The notes beneath the pieces are model-generated. The model was not told the origin of the DNA and ran no database searches. It saw nothing but the letters and a program-made list of their open reading frames with translations. Made by a program: the position numbers and the translations under genes. Of a stretch of DNA of 64,000 bases, positions 49,081-58,449 are shown in pieces. The DNA is from Pseudomonadota bacterium (GTDB taxonomy: Bacteria > Pseudomonadota > Alphaproteobacteria > UBA8366): positions 318,773 through 382,772 of the forward strand of contig JAYZAS010000004.1 of the NCBI GenBank assembly GCA_036339585.1, written 5' to 3'. Every line of letters begins with the position of its first letter. The first letter of the stretch is position 1.

Positions 49081-49722
49081 GTGTTCAATCTTTTAAAGAA
49101 CTATTACACCTTGTTCCAGTCCAAGTTTTACACGGTAACTATAATGGCAACTCTATTTCCATTGACTACAACTTGCAGCCCAACCAGCATGCTAATTGGC
49201 GCTGGCGCTGAGGTAGGTTCAGCAACGATGGAGGAACGAAGTTATGGTACTATTTTAGACGATGCTTCGATTGAAACACAAATTAAAGGGAATTTGTTTA
49301 ACTTTTCAACCAACCTTTTCGTTGATGTAAACGTAACGGTTAAGGAGAGATCAGTATTTTTAACAGGATCGGTTCCTACACCCGAATTAAGAATACAAGC
49401 CGTCAGAATTGCATGGCAGTCCGACGGGATTCGCGAAATAAAAAATGAAATTCAAATTTATGATCGTAGCTCTCTTTTAGATGTGGCAAGGGACAAATGG
49501 ATTTCAGCAAAATTGCGTTTTAAGCTGACACTCGACAGGAAAATCCGTTCAATTAACTACAGCATAGATACAGTTAATAGGCATCTATATCTTATGGGGG
49601 TCGCAACTTCCGCGAGTGAATTGAAAAGAGTGTTCGCGTACGCACGCTCAATTAGACATGTTCGGAAAATTGTCAGTTACGTTCGTGTAAAAAACAAGAA
49701 TAATGATAGAGGGTCACCTTAA
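49081..49722 (+). CDS. BON-domain (OsmY/DolP-like) protein
   Basis: 213 aa with a hydrophobic N-terminus ending ...PLTTTCS and two BON-like repeats (VNVTVKERSVFLTGSV..., YSIDTVNRHLYLMGVA...). GTG start. Confidence 0.72.
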   Translation: MFNLLKNYYTLFQSKFYTVTIMATLFPLTTTCSPTSMLIGAGAEVGSATMEERSYGTILDDASIETQIKGNLFNFSTNLFVDVNVTVKERSVFLTGSVPTPELRIQAVRIAWQSDGIREIKNEIQIYDRSSLLDVARDKWISAKLRFKLTLDRKIRSINYSIDTVNRHLYLMGVATSASELKRVFAYARSIRHVRKIVSYVRVKNKNNDRGSP

Positions 49723-50562
49723 ATGAGCATCTCACACGAAAAACATGCTAGAAAAATGCTCCGCAAAATTGGAGATAGTGCCGACGATAGTTTTGATCTT
49801 CTGGCTGGTGCCTTTTATTTCGCTGCGCTAAACAGACCCAGAATTTCAGCAAATAAATATATAGAGCACATGTCGCAAATGGCATGTGCTGCTGCTATTC
49901 CAAGCATGTGGCCATCAATAAGTGCGAAGGGTGCAGCCAAGCACCTAAAAAACATAATAGCCTTAAAATATTGCTACACGGGTGACGTGGAAACCTACGA
50001 TGATTTGCAGAATGCCGATCTCTTTCGAGTGATAGATCGACGCCGCGGCCTGCCTGTCGCGCTTGGCATTATCTATATCGACATAGGGCGACGGTTAGGA
50101 TTGAAAATGAGAGGGCTGTCTTTTCCTGGCCATTTTTTAGTGCAACTAGAAATAGGAGGTCAGCGCGTTATCATGGATCCCTTCACCGAAGGTCGTATCC
50201 TTGACCCAAGCGATCTGCGAGGAATGGTCAAAACAATATCTGGAGTAGATCGTGAATTACAGCCGCGTGACTACGCCCCAGTAAGTGACAGGGTGATCCT
50301 TCTTCGTTTGCAAAATAACGTGAAATTCCGACACATGCAGTTGCGTAATGAAGTTGCCGCACTGAAAACTGTGGAAGAGATGCTTTTAATCGCTCCCAAA
50401 ATGCCTGATCTTTGGTGGGATGCAGCAATGTTAAACGCCGAGATGGAAAACCTAAGCGCCGCATACAGCGCTTTAGAAAATTTTATCCGGCTAGATTCGA
50501 GTAAAATCAAACGGTCTCGGGCTATAAATTTGATGGAGTACATCAAGAAACGGATGAACTGA
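49723..50562 (+). CDS. SirB1-like protein (transglutaminase-like N-domain + TPR-like C-domain)
   Basis: 279 aa. Its start abuts the BON-gene stop. Recognition is weak and from memory of the YchA/SirB1 family. Confidence 0.45.
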   Translation: MSISHEKHARKMLRKIGDSADDSFDLLAGAFYFAALNRPRISANKYIEHMSQMACAAAIPSMWPSISAKGAAKHLKNIIALKYCYTGDVETYDDLQNADLFRVIDRRRGLPVALGIIYIDIGRRLGLKMRGLSFPGHFLVQLEIGGQRVIMDPFTEGRILDPSDLRGMVKTISGVDRELQPRDYAPVSDRVILLRLQNNVKFRHMQLRNEVAALKTVEEMLLIAPKMPDLWWDAAMLNAEMENLSAAYSALENFIRLDSSKIKRSRAINLMEYIKKRMN

Positions 50563-50650
50563 TATTTTAATAAGGCCTAACTAATCAGGGAAAATTACTA
50601 GGCATCTGGTAAATGTACGTAATTTGGATTTTAAAAGGGGAGATAATTTA

Positions 50651-51595
50651 GTGAGCTTAGTCTGTGCAATTCAAATGGACCCCTTAGAGAATATTGACAT
50701 AGATACTGACAGCACTTTCATGCTGGCTTTAGAGGCACAGGTCAGGGGTCACACTTTATACCATTACCTTCCTGAAGACTTGTCGTTGCACGAGGGTAAT
50801 CCCTACGCCATAGGTTGTAACATGAAAGTGATGCGCCGGAAGGGTGATCACTTTAAGGTGGGGCCAAAAAAAAGAATCGACCTAGCTGAGGTGGATGTAA
50901 TCCTTATGCGTCAGGACCCCCCTTTTGATATGTCCTACATCACGGCTACTCATTTTCTCGAACACATTCATCCAAAAACCTTGGTTGTCAATAATCCAGC
51001 AGAAGTACGTAATGCACCAGAGAAGCTTTTTGTTACACTTTTTCGTAGTCTGACGCCACCAACCTTGATAACACGAAATCTTGATGAAATCATGGCATTC
51101 CGCGCCGAACATTCTGATATAATTTTAAAACCGATTTACGGATGCGGTGGGGCTGGCGTTTTTCATATCAAACCGGATGACGAAAACCTCCAATCTCTAG
51201 TTGAAATGTTTACAGAAGCCAAAGCTGAGCCCATCATCGTTCAGCAGTATTTACCTGAAGTCCGAAACGGGGACAAACGCATTATATTAGTAAACGGCCA
51301 TCCTATGGGAGCTGTGAATAGAGTACCACTCAAAGGGGATGCGCGTGCAAACTTCCATGCAGGCGGTTCTGGCATAAAGACGCACCTTACAGAAAGAGAA
51401 ATCGCCATATGTGCGGAAATCGGCCCCGTTTTAAGGCAAAAGGGGCTTATGTTCGTTGGCATAGATGTGATTGGCGATTATCTGACGGAGATAAACGTAA
51501 CCTCCCCAACTGGCATCCAAGAAATCAACGCCCTTGACGGTATCCATTTGGAATCCCGAATTTGGGACGCGATAGAATCTCAGCTAGGCAAATGA
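50651..51595 (+). CDS. gshB: glutathione synthase
   Basis: Start set at GTG 50651 (AAGGGGAG upstream), giving (M)SLVCAIQMDPLENIDIDTDSTF like E. coli GshB. ATP-grasp motifs ILKPIYGCGGAGVF and EINVTSPTG. Confidence 0.92.
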   Translation: MSLVCAIQMDPLENIDIDTDSTFMLALEAQVRGHTLYHYLPEDLSLHEGNPYAIGCNMKVMRRKGDHFKVGPKKRIDLAEVDVILMRQDPPFDMSYITATHFLEHIHPKTLVVNNPAEVRNAPEKLFVTLFRSLTPPTLITRNLDEIMAFRAEHSDIILKPIYGCGGAGVFHIKPDDENLQSLVEMFTEAKAEPIIVQQYLPEVRNGDKRIILVNGHPMGAVNRVPLKGDARANFHAGGSGIKTHLTEREIAICAEIGPVLRQKGLMFVGIDVIGDYLTEINVTSPTGIQEINALDGIHLESRIWDAIESQLGK

Positions 51596-51625
51596 GGGTC
51601 GAGAAGCCGCATTAACGGAAAATTA

Positions 51626-52756
51626 TCATATAGAAAGATCAAAAACCGATGGAGTTGTTAGCGTCAGCGCGCCTCCCTGGTTATTGAAAGCGAGGGTATT
51701 TTGCACGGCCGACTGAAAAAGAAGGTCTTGGCGTTGCTCCACAAACGCCGCTCGGTGTTTCTCAGCCATTGCTTTAGCCTCCACACCAGCAGCAAAATCA
51801 AAACGCTCCCTAATCTTTCCTTCAACGAGCGTTTGCGCTGAACGAATTTTTGCTAACTCACCCTCTAAGAAACCAATGTTAAACCGAAGGGTAGCTGATG
51901 CGGCATCCACATCGGATAGAGCGGTTTCAAGACTGCTGTCATCTTCAAAATTATTGTAAAGAAAAGAGAAAAGTATTCCGAGCCCCTTCCGTACAAGCGT
52001 GCCTTGCAGATATGGTGTTCCTTCATTATTATGCGTGAGTGAAATTTCCCCGGTATTGGTGTTATAATTCACGGTATCGTCGTGATATACGACCTTTCCA
52101 TCCTCTGCAGCTGGATTGGGAAATTTTGTCAAAATAGATCCATATATATCAGGGTAAAAATTATCACCACTTTCATCTGTAATGAAGAAATCACTCTGAG
52201 AAAATATACCCTCCAAAGTCTTGCTTACGGGGCTGTCTGGTTTGATCTGGTAAATTATTTGATCGGGATCAAAATCATCACGAATAGATGTGCCAACAAT
52301 ATTTGTGCCCAAAAAGCCAGCCCCTTTAATACGAATATTCAGGTCTCCTAGAAATCGATCAAACCGATCACCAAACACCCGCCTTTCATCGATGGAAACC
52401 GATGCATCGCTTGCTGTAACTACTTGACGACGCATATCAGAAATATTTTTTTTAATTTCAATTAATCTGTCGAGGGCTTTTTCGATAGTCTTCACCGCAC
52501 GATTTAGCTTATTTGTTATTCTACCAAGGTTTTGCGCCTCTCTTTTTGCAGTACGAGCCTTAGCTTCAATACTCCGCGCATCCAAGTCTAACGCCTTATC
52601 ACGAGCTACCGCTGCCGAGGCTCTTGCTGCCGATTGCAGGCCGCGGGCTGCAGCTGCATCGGGCAGTATAGCAAATAAACCAGTAGCTGCCGTTGGAAGA
52701 CTTCCGACTAAACTGTTTGATCCAATATTGCTACCGCCAAATATACTCATAACCAA
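51626..52756 (-). CDS. hypothetical protein with flagellin-like N- and C-terminal helical regions
   Basis: 376-aa ORF with no competing ORF. The N-part (NKLNRAVKTIEKALDRLIEIKKNISDMRRQVVTASDASVSIDERRVFGDRFDRFLGDLNIRIKGAGFLGTNIVG) follows the flagellin D1 helix pattern. So does the C-part (LETALSDVDAASATLRFNIGFLEGELAKIRSAQTLVEGKIRE...QRQDLLFQSAVQNTL). The middle is non-helical. The family call is tentative. Confidence 0.4.
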   Translation of the reverse strand: MVMSIFGGSNIGSNSLVGSLPTAATGLFAILPDAAAARGLQSAARASAAVARDKALDLDARSIEAKARTAKREAQNLGRITNKLNRAVKTIEKALDRLIEIKKNISDMRRQVVTASDASVSIDERRVFGDRFDRFLGDLNIRIKGAGFLGTNIVGTSIRDDFDPDQIIYQIKPDSPVSKTLEGIFSQSDFFITDESGDNFYPDIYGSILTKFPNPAAEDGKVVYHDDTVNYNTNTGEISLTHNNEGTPYLQGTLVRKGLGILFSFLYNNFEDDSSLETALSDVDAASATLRFNIGFLEGELAKIRSAQTLVEGKIRERFDFAAGVEAKAMAEKHRAAFVEQRQDLLFQSAVQNTLAFNNQGGALTLTTPSVFDLSI

Positions 52757-53015
52757 AATTTCCGGTTAATCGTGAACATTCATAACCAGGCAAATATTGC
52801 CTACTAACCCTTTGTATTATATACTAATTTGTACTGTTTTCAACAGTTCGATTGTAGCGGGGTTTAACCCCAGTTATGACGCTGCAGACAAAAAAACGAG
52901 GCATGATTTTCAGTTTGCCATTCCGTAACTTCCTCCCCGCGACTATATGTTCTCTAGATGATTAACCCCGAAACCGCATATCGTTCTCTACGAACACTCT
53001 GCTAGGTGATTTAAA

Positions 53016-53882
53016 ATGGCAAACTTGGGTCGAAAAATAAAAAGTCCGCGCAAAAGTGAGATGGTGCACGCTTCTAAAGTGAAAAGGAGATCACAACACC
53101 GGGAACAAACCGCTGAAAAAAGCCTAAAGGCCTTTATTGAGTCTGCAAAAACACAGAATTTCATTCTCGGGGTTATTATAGTGAATGCGATAGTGCTAGG
53201 ACTCGAGACTTCTGACAACGCGGTCAAGCACGCTGGTGGCCTACTGGCAGTACTAGACAAAATCGCTATCGGAATTTTTATTTCGGAAATCGCTATCAAG
53301 TTAGTAGTCTATCGCGTCGGTTTTTTTAAAGACGGCTGGAATCTTTTTGATTTTTTTATTGTCTCAGCAGCCCTTCTTCCAGCTGGCGACGGTACTTCAG
53401 TGCTTCGAGCTCTTAGAATTATGAGGGCTTTCCGCCTCATGTCAGCTGTACCATCAATGCGGTTAGTGATCCAGGCCATGTTGAACGCCATTCCAGGCAT
53501 GGCTTCGGTGGTTGCTCTATTAGCACTTGTCTTCTACGTGGGTGCTGTAATGGCGACGGTTCTATTCGGAGAACAATTTCACGATTGGTTTGGGTCCATA
53601 GGCGCATCCCTATATTCATTATTTCAAATAATGACGTTAGAGTCCTGGTCAATGGGCATAGTGCGACCAGTTATGGAAGTATTCCCTTATGCTTGGATGT
53701 TTTTTGTGCCGTTTATCCTTTGTACATCCTTTGCAGTTCTGAACCTTTTTATTGCAATAATTGTAAATGCCATGGATGACGTGCAAAAAACCGAAAACAA
53801 TGGTGCGAATTCAACTGAAGATATTGCCTTAGAATTGAAAAAACTTCGGAATGAAATGATGCGCCTAAAAAAAAGAATGTGA
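53016..53882 (+). CDS. bacterial voltage-gated sodium channel (NaChBac/NavAb family)
   Basis: Single 6-TM domain. S4 has Arg every third residue (SVLRALRIMRAFRLMSAVPSMR). The pore reads LFQIMTLESWSMGIVRPVM with the TLESW selectivity filter. Short C-terminal coiled coil. Confidence 0.88.
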   Translation: MANLGRKIKSPRKSEMVHASKVKRRSQHREQTAEKSLKAFIESAKTQNFILGVIIVNAIVLGLETSDNAVKHAGGLLAVLDKIAIGIFISEIAIKLVVYRVGFFKDGWNLFDFFIVSAALLPAGDGTSVLRALRIMRAFRLMSAVPSMRLVIQAMLNAIPGMASVVALLALVFYVGAVMATVLFGEQFHDWFGSIGASLYSLFQIMTLESWSMGIVRPVMEVFPYAWMFFVPFILCTSFAVLNLFIAIIVNAMDDVQKTENNGANSTEDIALELKKLRNEMMRLKKRM

Positions 53883-53889
53883 CATACAG

Positions 53890-54246
53890 CTAAATGACCA
53901 TCCGTCCCAAATCTCGTCCTCCAAGCACATGCACGTGATAATGAGGAACCTCTTGACGTCCGTTACGATTAGTATTTGAAATCAGCCTATACCCGTTACC
54001 ATGAATTTCCGTCAGCGATACCACTTCACCAACTAGTCTTTGGAATGCAACCAGTTCCTGATCAGCAGCATTCTGTAAAAATTGGCTGGCCGATTCGTAT
54101 GGTCGCTTAGGAATCACTAAAATATGTACCGGGGCCTGCGGCGCTATGTCATGGAACGCAAGAGCATAATCATTCTCTAAAACTTTTTCACATGGTAGTT
54201 CTCCACGAAGGATTTTCGCGAAGATATTATTGTCGTCATATGACAT
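53890..54246 (-). CDS. HIT-family (HinT-like) nucleotide hydrolase
   Basis: 118 aa with the histidine triad HYHVHVLGG. Confidence 0.88.
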   Translation of the reverse strand: MSYDDNNIFAKILRGELPCEKVLENDYALAFHDIAPQAPVHILVIPKRPYESASQFLQNAADQELVAFQRLVGEVVSLTEIHGNGYRLISNTNRNGRQEVPHYHVHVLGGRDLGRMVI

Positions 54247-54319
54247 AGTAAGGCCCTCTTAAATTGGTCTATCAGCGCAGTAGCGGTCTATTTTTTGATT
54301 TTAATATCTTATGAAATAA

Positions 54320-55111
54320 TTAAAAACTTGGTCCTTTGTGAGGCACACGAACCAAAATGCCAGCTTTTGATAAATGTTTTTTGGCGTCACCAATTGTGAA
54401 TTCGCCAAAATGGAAAATAGATGCCGCTAGAACAGCGGATGCGTGACCCATCCGAATACCATCTACCATGTGGTCAAGAGAGCCAACACCACCACTAGCG
54501 ATAACAGGAATATTTACACTATCTGCAACCTTACGCGTCAGGTGAATATCAAAACCCTCGCGAGTGCCATCTTTATCCATTGAGGTTAATAGTATTTCAC
54601 CCGCTCCGCGCGTAGCCATATTCTTGGCCCACTGAACAGCATCGATTCCGGTAGGAGTTCGACCCCCGTGCGTAAATATTTCCCACGTACCTTCTTCGGT
54701 CTGTTTTGCGTCTATCGCCACCACTATGCATTGTGCGCCGAAGCATTCGGCCGCTTCACTCACAAGAGACGGGTTATTTACGGCTGCCGTGTTTATTGAA
54801 ACCTTGTCTGCTCCGGCAAGTAATAATTTTCTTATGTCCTGAGTATTGCGAATGCCTCCTCCAACCGTAAGCGGCATAAAGCATTGCTCCGATGTACCGC
54901 TAACAACATCATAAATTGTGTCTCTATTCTCGTGGGATGCTGTTATGTCTAGGAAGCATAGTTCATCAGCCCCGGCTTTATCATAAACTTTTGCTTGCTC
55001 TATAGGATCTCCTGCATCAACTAAACTTACGAAGTTGACGCCTTTGACAACGCGACCAGCGCACACGTCAAGACAAGGAATAATACGCACTTTAAGCAAG
55101 CTTTGCTCCAT
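54320..55111 (-). CDS. hisF: imidazole glycerol phosphate synthase cyclase subunit
   Basis: Contains [22 protein letters not shown] and [10 protein letters not shown]. Start set at ATG 55111; a TTG a few codons later is also possible. Confidence 0.95.
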   Translation of the reverse strand: MEQSLLKVRIIPCLDVCAGRVVKGVNFVSLVDAGDPIEQAKVYDKAGADELCFLDITASHENRDTIYDVVSGTSEQCFMPLTVGGGIRNTQDIRKLLLAGADKVSINTAAVNNPSLVSEAAECFGAQCIVVAIDAKQTEEGTWEIFTHGGRTPTGIDAVQWAKNMATRGAGEILLTSMDKDGTREGFDIHLTRKVADSVNIPVIASGGVGSLDHMVDGIRMGHASAVLAASIFHFGEFTIGDAKKHLSKAGILVRVPHKGPSF

Positions 55112-55835
55112 CTGCTTCCTGTGAGACAATTTCCAAGGCGGTCTCTAACACGATTTTCTTGTCATACAAGGCGCGCCCTACAATTACCCCTGAAATTGGA
55201 GGAGATGCACAAATACGTCTTATATCTTCAATGCCCGATATACCGCCACTTGCTATTATTGGGGTTGCAACACATTTGGCAAGTTTCATGGTCGAATCAA
55301 TATTGGGTCCTTTGAGAAGGCCATCCCTACTAATATCTGTATATATAATCGCCGCAGCACCGGCCTCTTCAAAGTCCTTCGCCAGCTCTTCTGAAGTGAT
55401 ATTAGAAACCTCTGCCCAACCCTCTACCGCAGCTCTCCCTTCAATGGCGTCGATGCCCAACACAATCCTGCTGGACCACCTCGAACACGCTCTCCTAACT
55501 AAACTGGGGTTTTTCACAGTCACGGTGCCTAAAATAACACGCGAAACACCTCTATTAAGCCAGAACTCAATCGTTTCTTCGTCACGAATCCCACCGCCTA
55601 GCTGAACTGGAATATCGACCGCATCGACAATTGCGGTCACAGCATCCGTGTTAACAGATCTCCCAGCAAATGCTCCATTTAGGTCAACGATATGGATCCA
55701 TTCTGCGCCGGCATGTGCAAATGTGCGCGCCTGCTCTGCTGGACTTTCATTAAAAATAGTTGCGCGCTTCATGTCGCCTTGTTCCAAGCGAACACACTTG
55801 CCATCTTTTAGATCTATGGCCGGGTAAATAATCAT
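55092..55835 (-). CDS. hisA: 1-(5-phosphoribosyl)-5-[(5-phosphoribosylamino)methylideneamino]imidazole-4-carboxamide isomerase
   Basis: Contains [25 protein letters not shown] and [12 protein letters not shown]. Confidence 0.94.
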   Translation of the reverse strand: MIIYPAIDLKDGKCVRLEQGDMKRATIFNESPAEQARTFAHAGAEWIHIVDLNGAFAGRSVNTDAVTAIVDAVDIPVQLGGGIRDEETIEFWLNRGVSRVILGTVTVKNPSLVRRACSRWSSRIVLGIDAIEGRAAVEGWAEVSNITSEELAKDFEEAGAAAIIYTDISRDGLLKGPNIDSTMKLAKCVATPIIASGGISGIEDIRRICASPPISGVIVGRALYDKKIVLETALEIVSQEADGAKLA

Positions 55836-56425
55836 TGGGCCTCCGTTTTCCGCAAATCCTTAAAGTAATGATATCCGGCGATCCAGTTGCCATCGACCTT
55901 TGCATAGCGGGGGTGCTTTCCCCATCGGACAAAACCCCGGCTTTCGTAGAATGCTATAGCAGCGGTTTGAGTCTCTCGAACATCGAGATTAAGCACTAGA
56001 AAACCCTCATCAACTGCTGCATCTTCGACCGCCACGGCCAAGTTGCGAGCCAAACCATATCCTCTTGCCCAAGGAGCAACAAAATTCGTCGTAAGTTTGG
56101 CGGCTTCTGACTGTGCTTCATTATTACGAGTAGGCCGCACAAACTGGGTTGCGCCAGCTACGACACCGTCCATGCGCCCAATAAAAAGCGAACGCTCTGG
56201 TACCTGTATTACCCCGCGCCAAAATTTTTCTAGCCCACTGCGAGCCGGCGTAGCTAACCACCCAAAGCCGCCACCCTCTAGAATGGATTGTTCTGTTGCC
56301 TCACACAAGTCCTGCAAGTCGAATTCATTAATTTCGGTTACTTGCTCAACCAACATTTTGGGAGCGAGATCGCCCCTTTTAAAATTCATTGGCTGCTTAA
56401 TAGGGTTTTTATATTTTCCAACCAT
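55832..56425 (-). CDS. GNAT-family N-acetyltransferase embedded in the his operon
   Basis: 197 aa with an acetyl-CoA-binding-like WARGYGLARNL. It starts 10 nt after the hisH stop, and its stop overlaps the hisA start by 4 nt. Confidence 0.75.
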   Translation of the reverse strand: MVGKYKNPIKQPMNFKRGDLAPKMLVEQVTEINEFDLQDLCEATEQSILEGGGFGWLATPARSGLEKFWRGVIQVPERSLFIGRMDGVVAGATQFVRPTRNNEAQSEAAKLTTNFVAPWARGYGLARNLAVAVEDAAVDEGFLVLNLDVRETQTAAIAFYESRGFVRWGKHPRYAKVDGNWIAGYHYFKDLRKTEAQ

Positions 56426-56435
56426 TTCAGGACTT

Positions 56436-57074
56436 TTAGGGGTACCATCGCATAAAATTATTTATAACAGTGAGGCCTGCTCCCTGACTTTTTTCCGGAT
56501 GAAATTGTGTACCGATCAAATTGTCCCTTCCTACCGCCGCCGTGACTGATTCGCCATACTTAACAGTTGCTAGCAAATCAGTATCGTTTTCTGGTTCAAA
56601 ATGGTAACTGTGAACAAAATAAACATCTGCCTCGGGCTCTAGATCGTCGAAGACCGGATGATCAACTGCCGTTTCCAAACCGTTCCAACCCATATGGGGT
56701 ATCTTGAGTGATTTATCTAAAACACTGATCGGCCGCACGACGCCAGGAATCCAATTGAGGCCCTTGTTTTGACAATGCTCTAGCCCAGTGGTGGACATTA
56801 GCTGCATTCCTACACAAATCCCTAAAAATGGCTGGCCCCTCGCAAGAACAGCAAATTCAAGGGCTTCGATTAGGCCATCGATAGCCGACAATCCTTCTTT
56901 ACACTGACCATATGAGCCGACTCCCGGCAAAACCACTCGGTCTGCAGATGCCACCTCATCAGGCTTATCAGTCACTCGCACGCATGCCCCTTTCTTTTTG
57001 ATCGTTTGGCATTCGAACGCTTTTGCAACAGAATGTAAATTACCCGATCCGTAGTCAACAATTGCAACGGTCAT
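56436..57074 (-). CDS. hisH: imidazole glycerol phosphate synthase glutaminase subunit
   Basis: Contains VAIVDYGSGNLHSV, GICVGMQL (catalytic Cys) and FHPEKS. Confidence 0.94.
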   Translation of the reverse strand: MTVAIVDYGSGNLHSVAKAFECQTIKKKGACVRVTDKPDEVASADRVVLPGVGSYGQCKEGLSAIDGLIEALEFAVLARGQPFLGICVGMQLMSTTGLEHCQNKGLNWIPGVVRPISVLDKSLKIPHMGWNGLETAVDHPVFDDLEPEADVYFVHSYHFEPENDTDLLATVKYGESVTAAVGRDNLIGTQFHPEKSQGAGLTVINNFMRWYP

Positions 57075-57096
57075 AAGCTATCCTAACACAAACAAC

Positions 57097-57696
57097 TCAT
57101 AGTGAGCCGCCCAGCACACCTTTTGTTGAGGGAATTGAATTCGCCTGACGTGGGTCAACGCTTATTGCCTGCTTGAGCGCACGCGCAAGCCCTTTATAAC
57201 AAGACTCAACGATGTGGTGATTATTATCTCCATAGAAATTCTCGATATGTAAAGTAATTCCTGCTGATTGCGAAAATGCTTGAAACCACTCATTAAATAA
57301 TTCGGTGTCCATATCACCAAGCTTCGGCCGTGATAGGTTAACTCGCCACACCAAAAACGGCCTATTTGAACAATCAAGCGCTACACGTGTTAGCGTCTCA
57401 TCCATGGGTATTAAACTGCTACCATAGCGATTTATTCCTCTGCGGTCACCAAGCGCTTTTGCTACCGCCTCACCAATTGCGTATCCCGTATCCTCAGTAG
57501 TATGGTGGAAATCGATATGCAGGTCGCCGTGTGCCTTGAGAGAAACATCAATCAAACTGTGCCGCGCAAGTTGCTCTAGCATATGATCAAGAAATCCTAT
57601 TCCAGTGGATACGTTGTACTCACCATTGCCATCGAGGTTAATTTCAACACAAATTTCTGTTTCTTTGGTTTTACGTTCAACGGTGGCTATGCGCAT
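57097..57696 (-). CDS. hisB: imidazoleglycerol-phosphate dehydratase
   Basis: Contains [15 protein letters not shown] and [12 protein letters not shown]. Confidence 0.95.
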   Translation of the reverse strand: MRIATVERKTKETEICVEINLDGNGEYNVSTGIGFLDHMLEQLARHSLIDVSLKAHGDLHIDFHHTTEDTGYAIGEAVAKALGDRRGINRYGSSLIPMDETLTRVALDCSNRPFLVWRVNLSRPKLGDMDTELFNEWFQAFSQSAGITLHIENFYGDNNHHIVESCYKGLARALKQAISVDPRQANSIPSTKGVLGGSL

Positions 57697-57830
57697 AAGT
57701 TTTTCCTCAACCGTAAAATGGGTTAATTGTTGTACAACTATGTAAAGACAAAATGGCGGTCTTTCTAGAAATAACGCTGCAAAGAGAATAAAAGAAATTT
57801 AAGATTGAGATTGGTTCGCATAAATCTTCT

Positions 57831-57860
57831 CTTGATCCTGAGGCACAAATTACCACATGG
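57831..57860 (+). promoter_or_regulatory. candidate sigma-32-type promoter for hslVU
   Basis: TCTTCTCTTGAT-N16-CCACATGG, against the E. coli-type consensus CTTGAA-N13-17-CCCCATNT. It lies about 45 nt upstream of the hslV ATG. Partial match only. Confidence 0.3.
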
Positions 57861-57906
57861 TAGGATGATATGACGATATCGCAGTCTTTAAAGGTAGAGT
57901 AGAGCT

Positions 57907-58449
57907 ATGCCAGATCAGTCCATTTTGCATGGGACAACAATACTTGCAATACGCCGAAAAAACGAGATTGTTATGGCAGGTGACGGACAAGTGAGTTTTG
58001 GCCAGACTATCATAAAAGCCAATGCCCGCAAAGTGCGCCGCTTAGGCGATGGCAATGTTATTGCTGGGTTTGCAGGCGCTACTGCTGATGCTTTTACGCT
58101 TTTTGAACGGCTGGAAGGAAAGCTTGAGCAGTATCCGAGTCAACTTACGCGGGCATGCGTTGAGCTTGCTAAGGATTGGCGTACAGACCGGTATCTGCGG
58201 CGGTTAGAGGCCATGATGGCGGTTGCAGATAAGTCCGTTTCATTAACGCTTACGGGAAATGGTGACGTTTTAGAGCCTGAAGATGGACTGATAGGTATTG
58301 GATCGGGCGGACCATTTGCGCTGGCGGCTGCTCGCGGCCTTGTACACTCAAGCGAACTTGGGGCTGAAGATATCGCCAAGCAAGCATTACAAATTGCTGC
58401 GGGCATATGCGTCTACACAAACGAAAACATACTAATTGAGAAATTATGA
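57907..58449 (+). CDS. hslV: ATP-dependent protease subunit HslV
   Basis: Contains HGTTILAIR (the Thr nucleophile after processing) and [11 protein letters not shown]. Confidence 0.95.
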   Translation: MPDQSILHGTTILAIRRKNEIVMAGDGQVSFGQTIIKANARKVRRLGDGNVIAGFAGATADAFTLFERLEGKLEQYPSQLTRACVELAKDWRTDRYLRRLEAMMAVADKSVSLTLTGNGDVLEPEDGLIGIGSGGPFALAAARGLVHSSELGAEDIAKQALQIAAGICVYTNENILIEKL

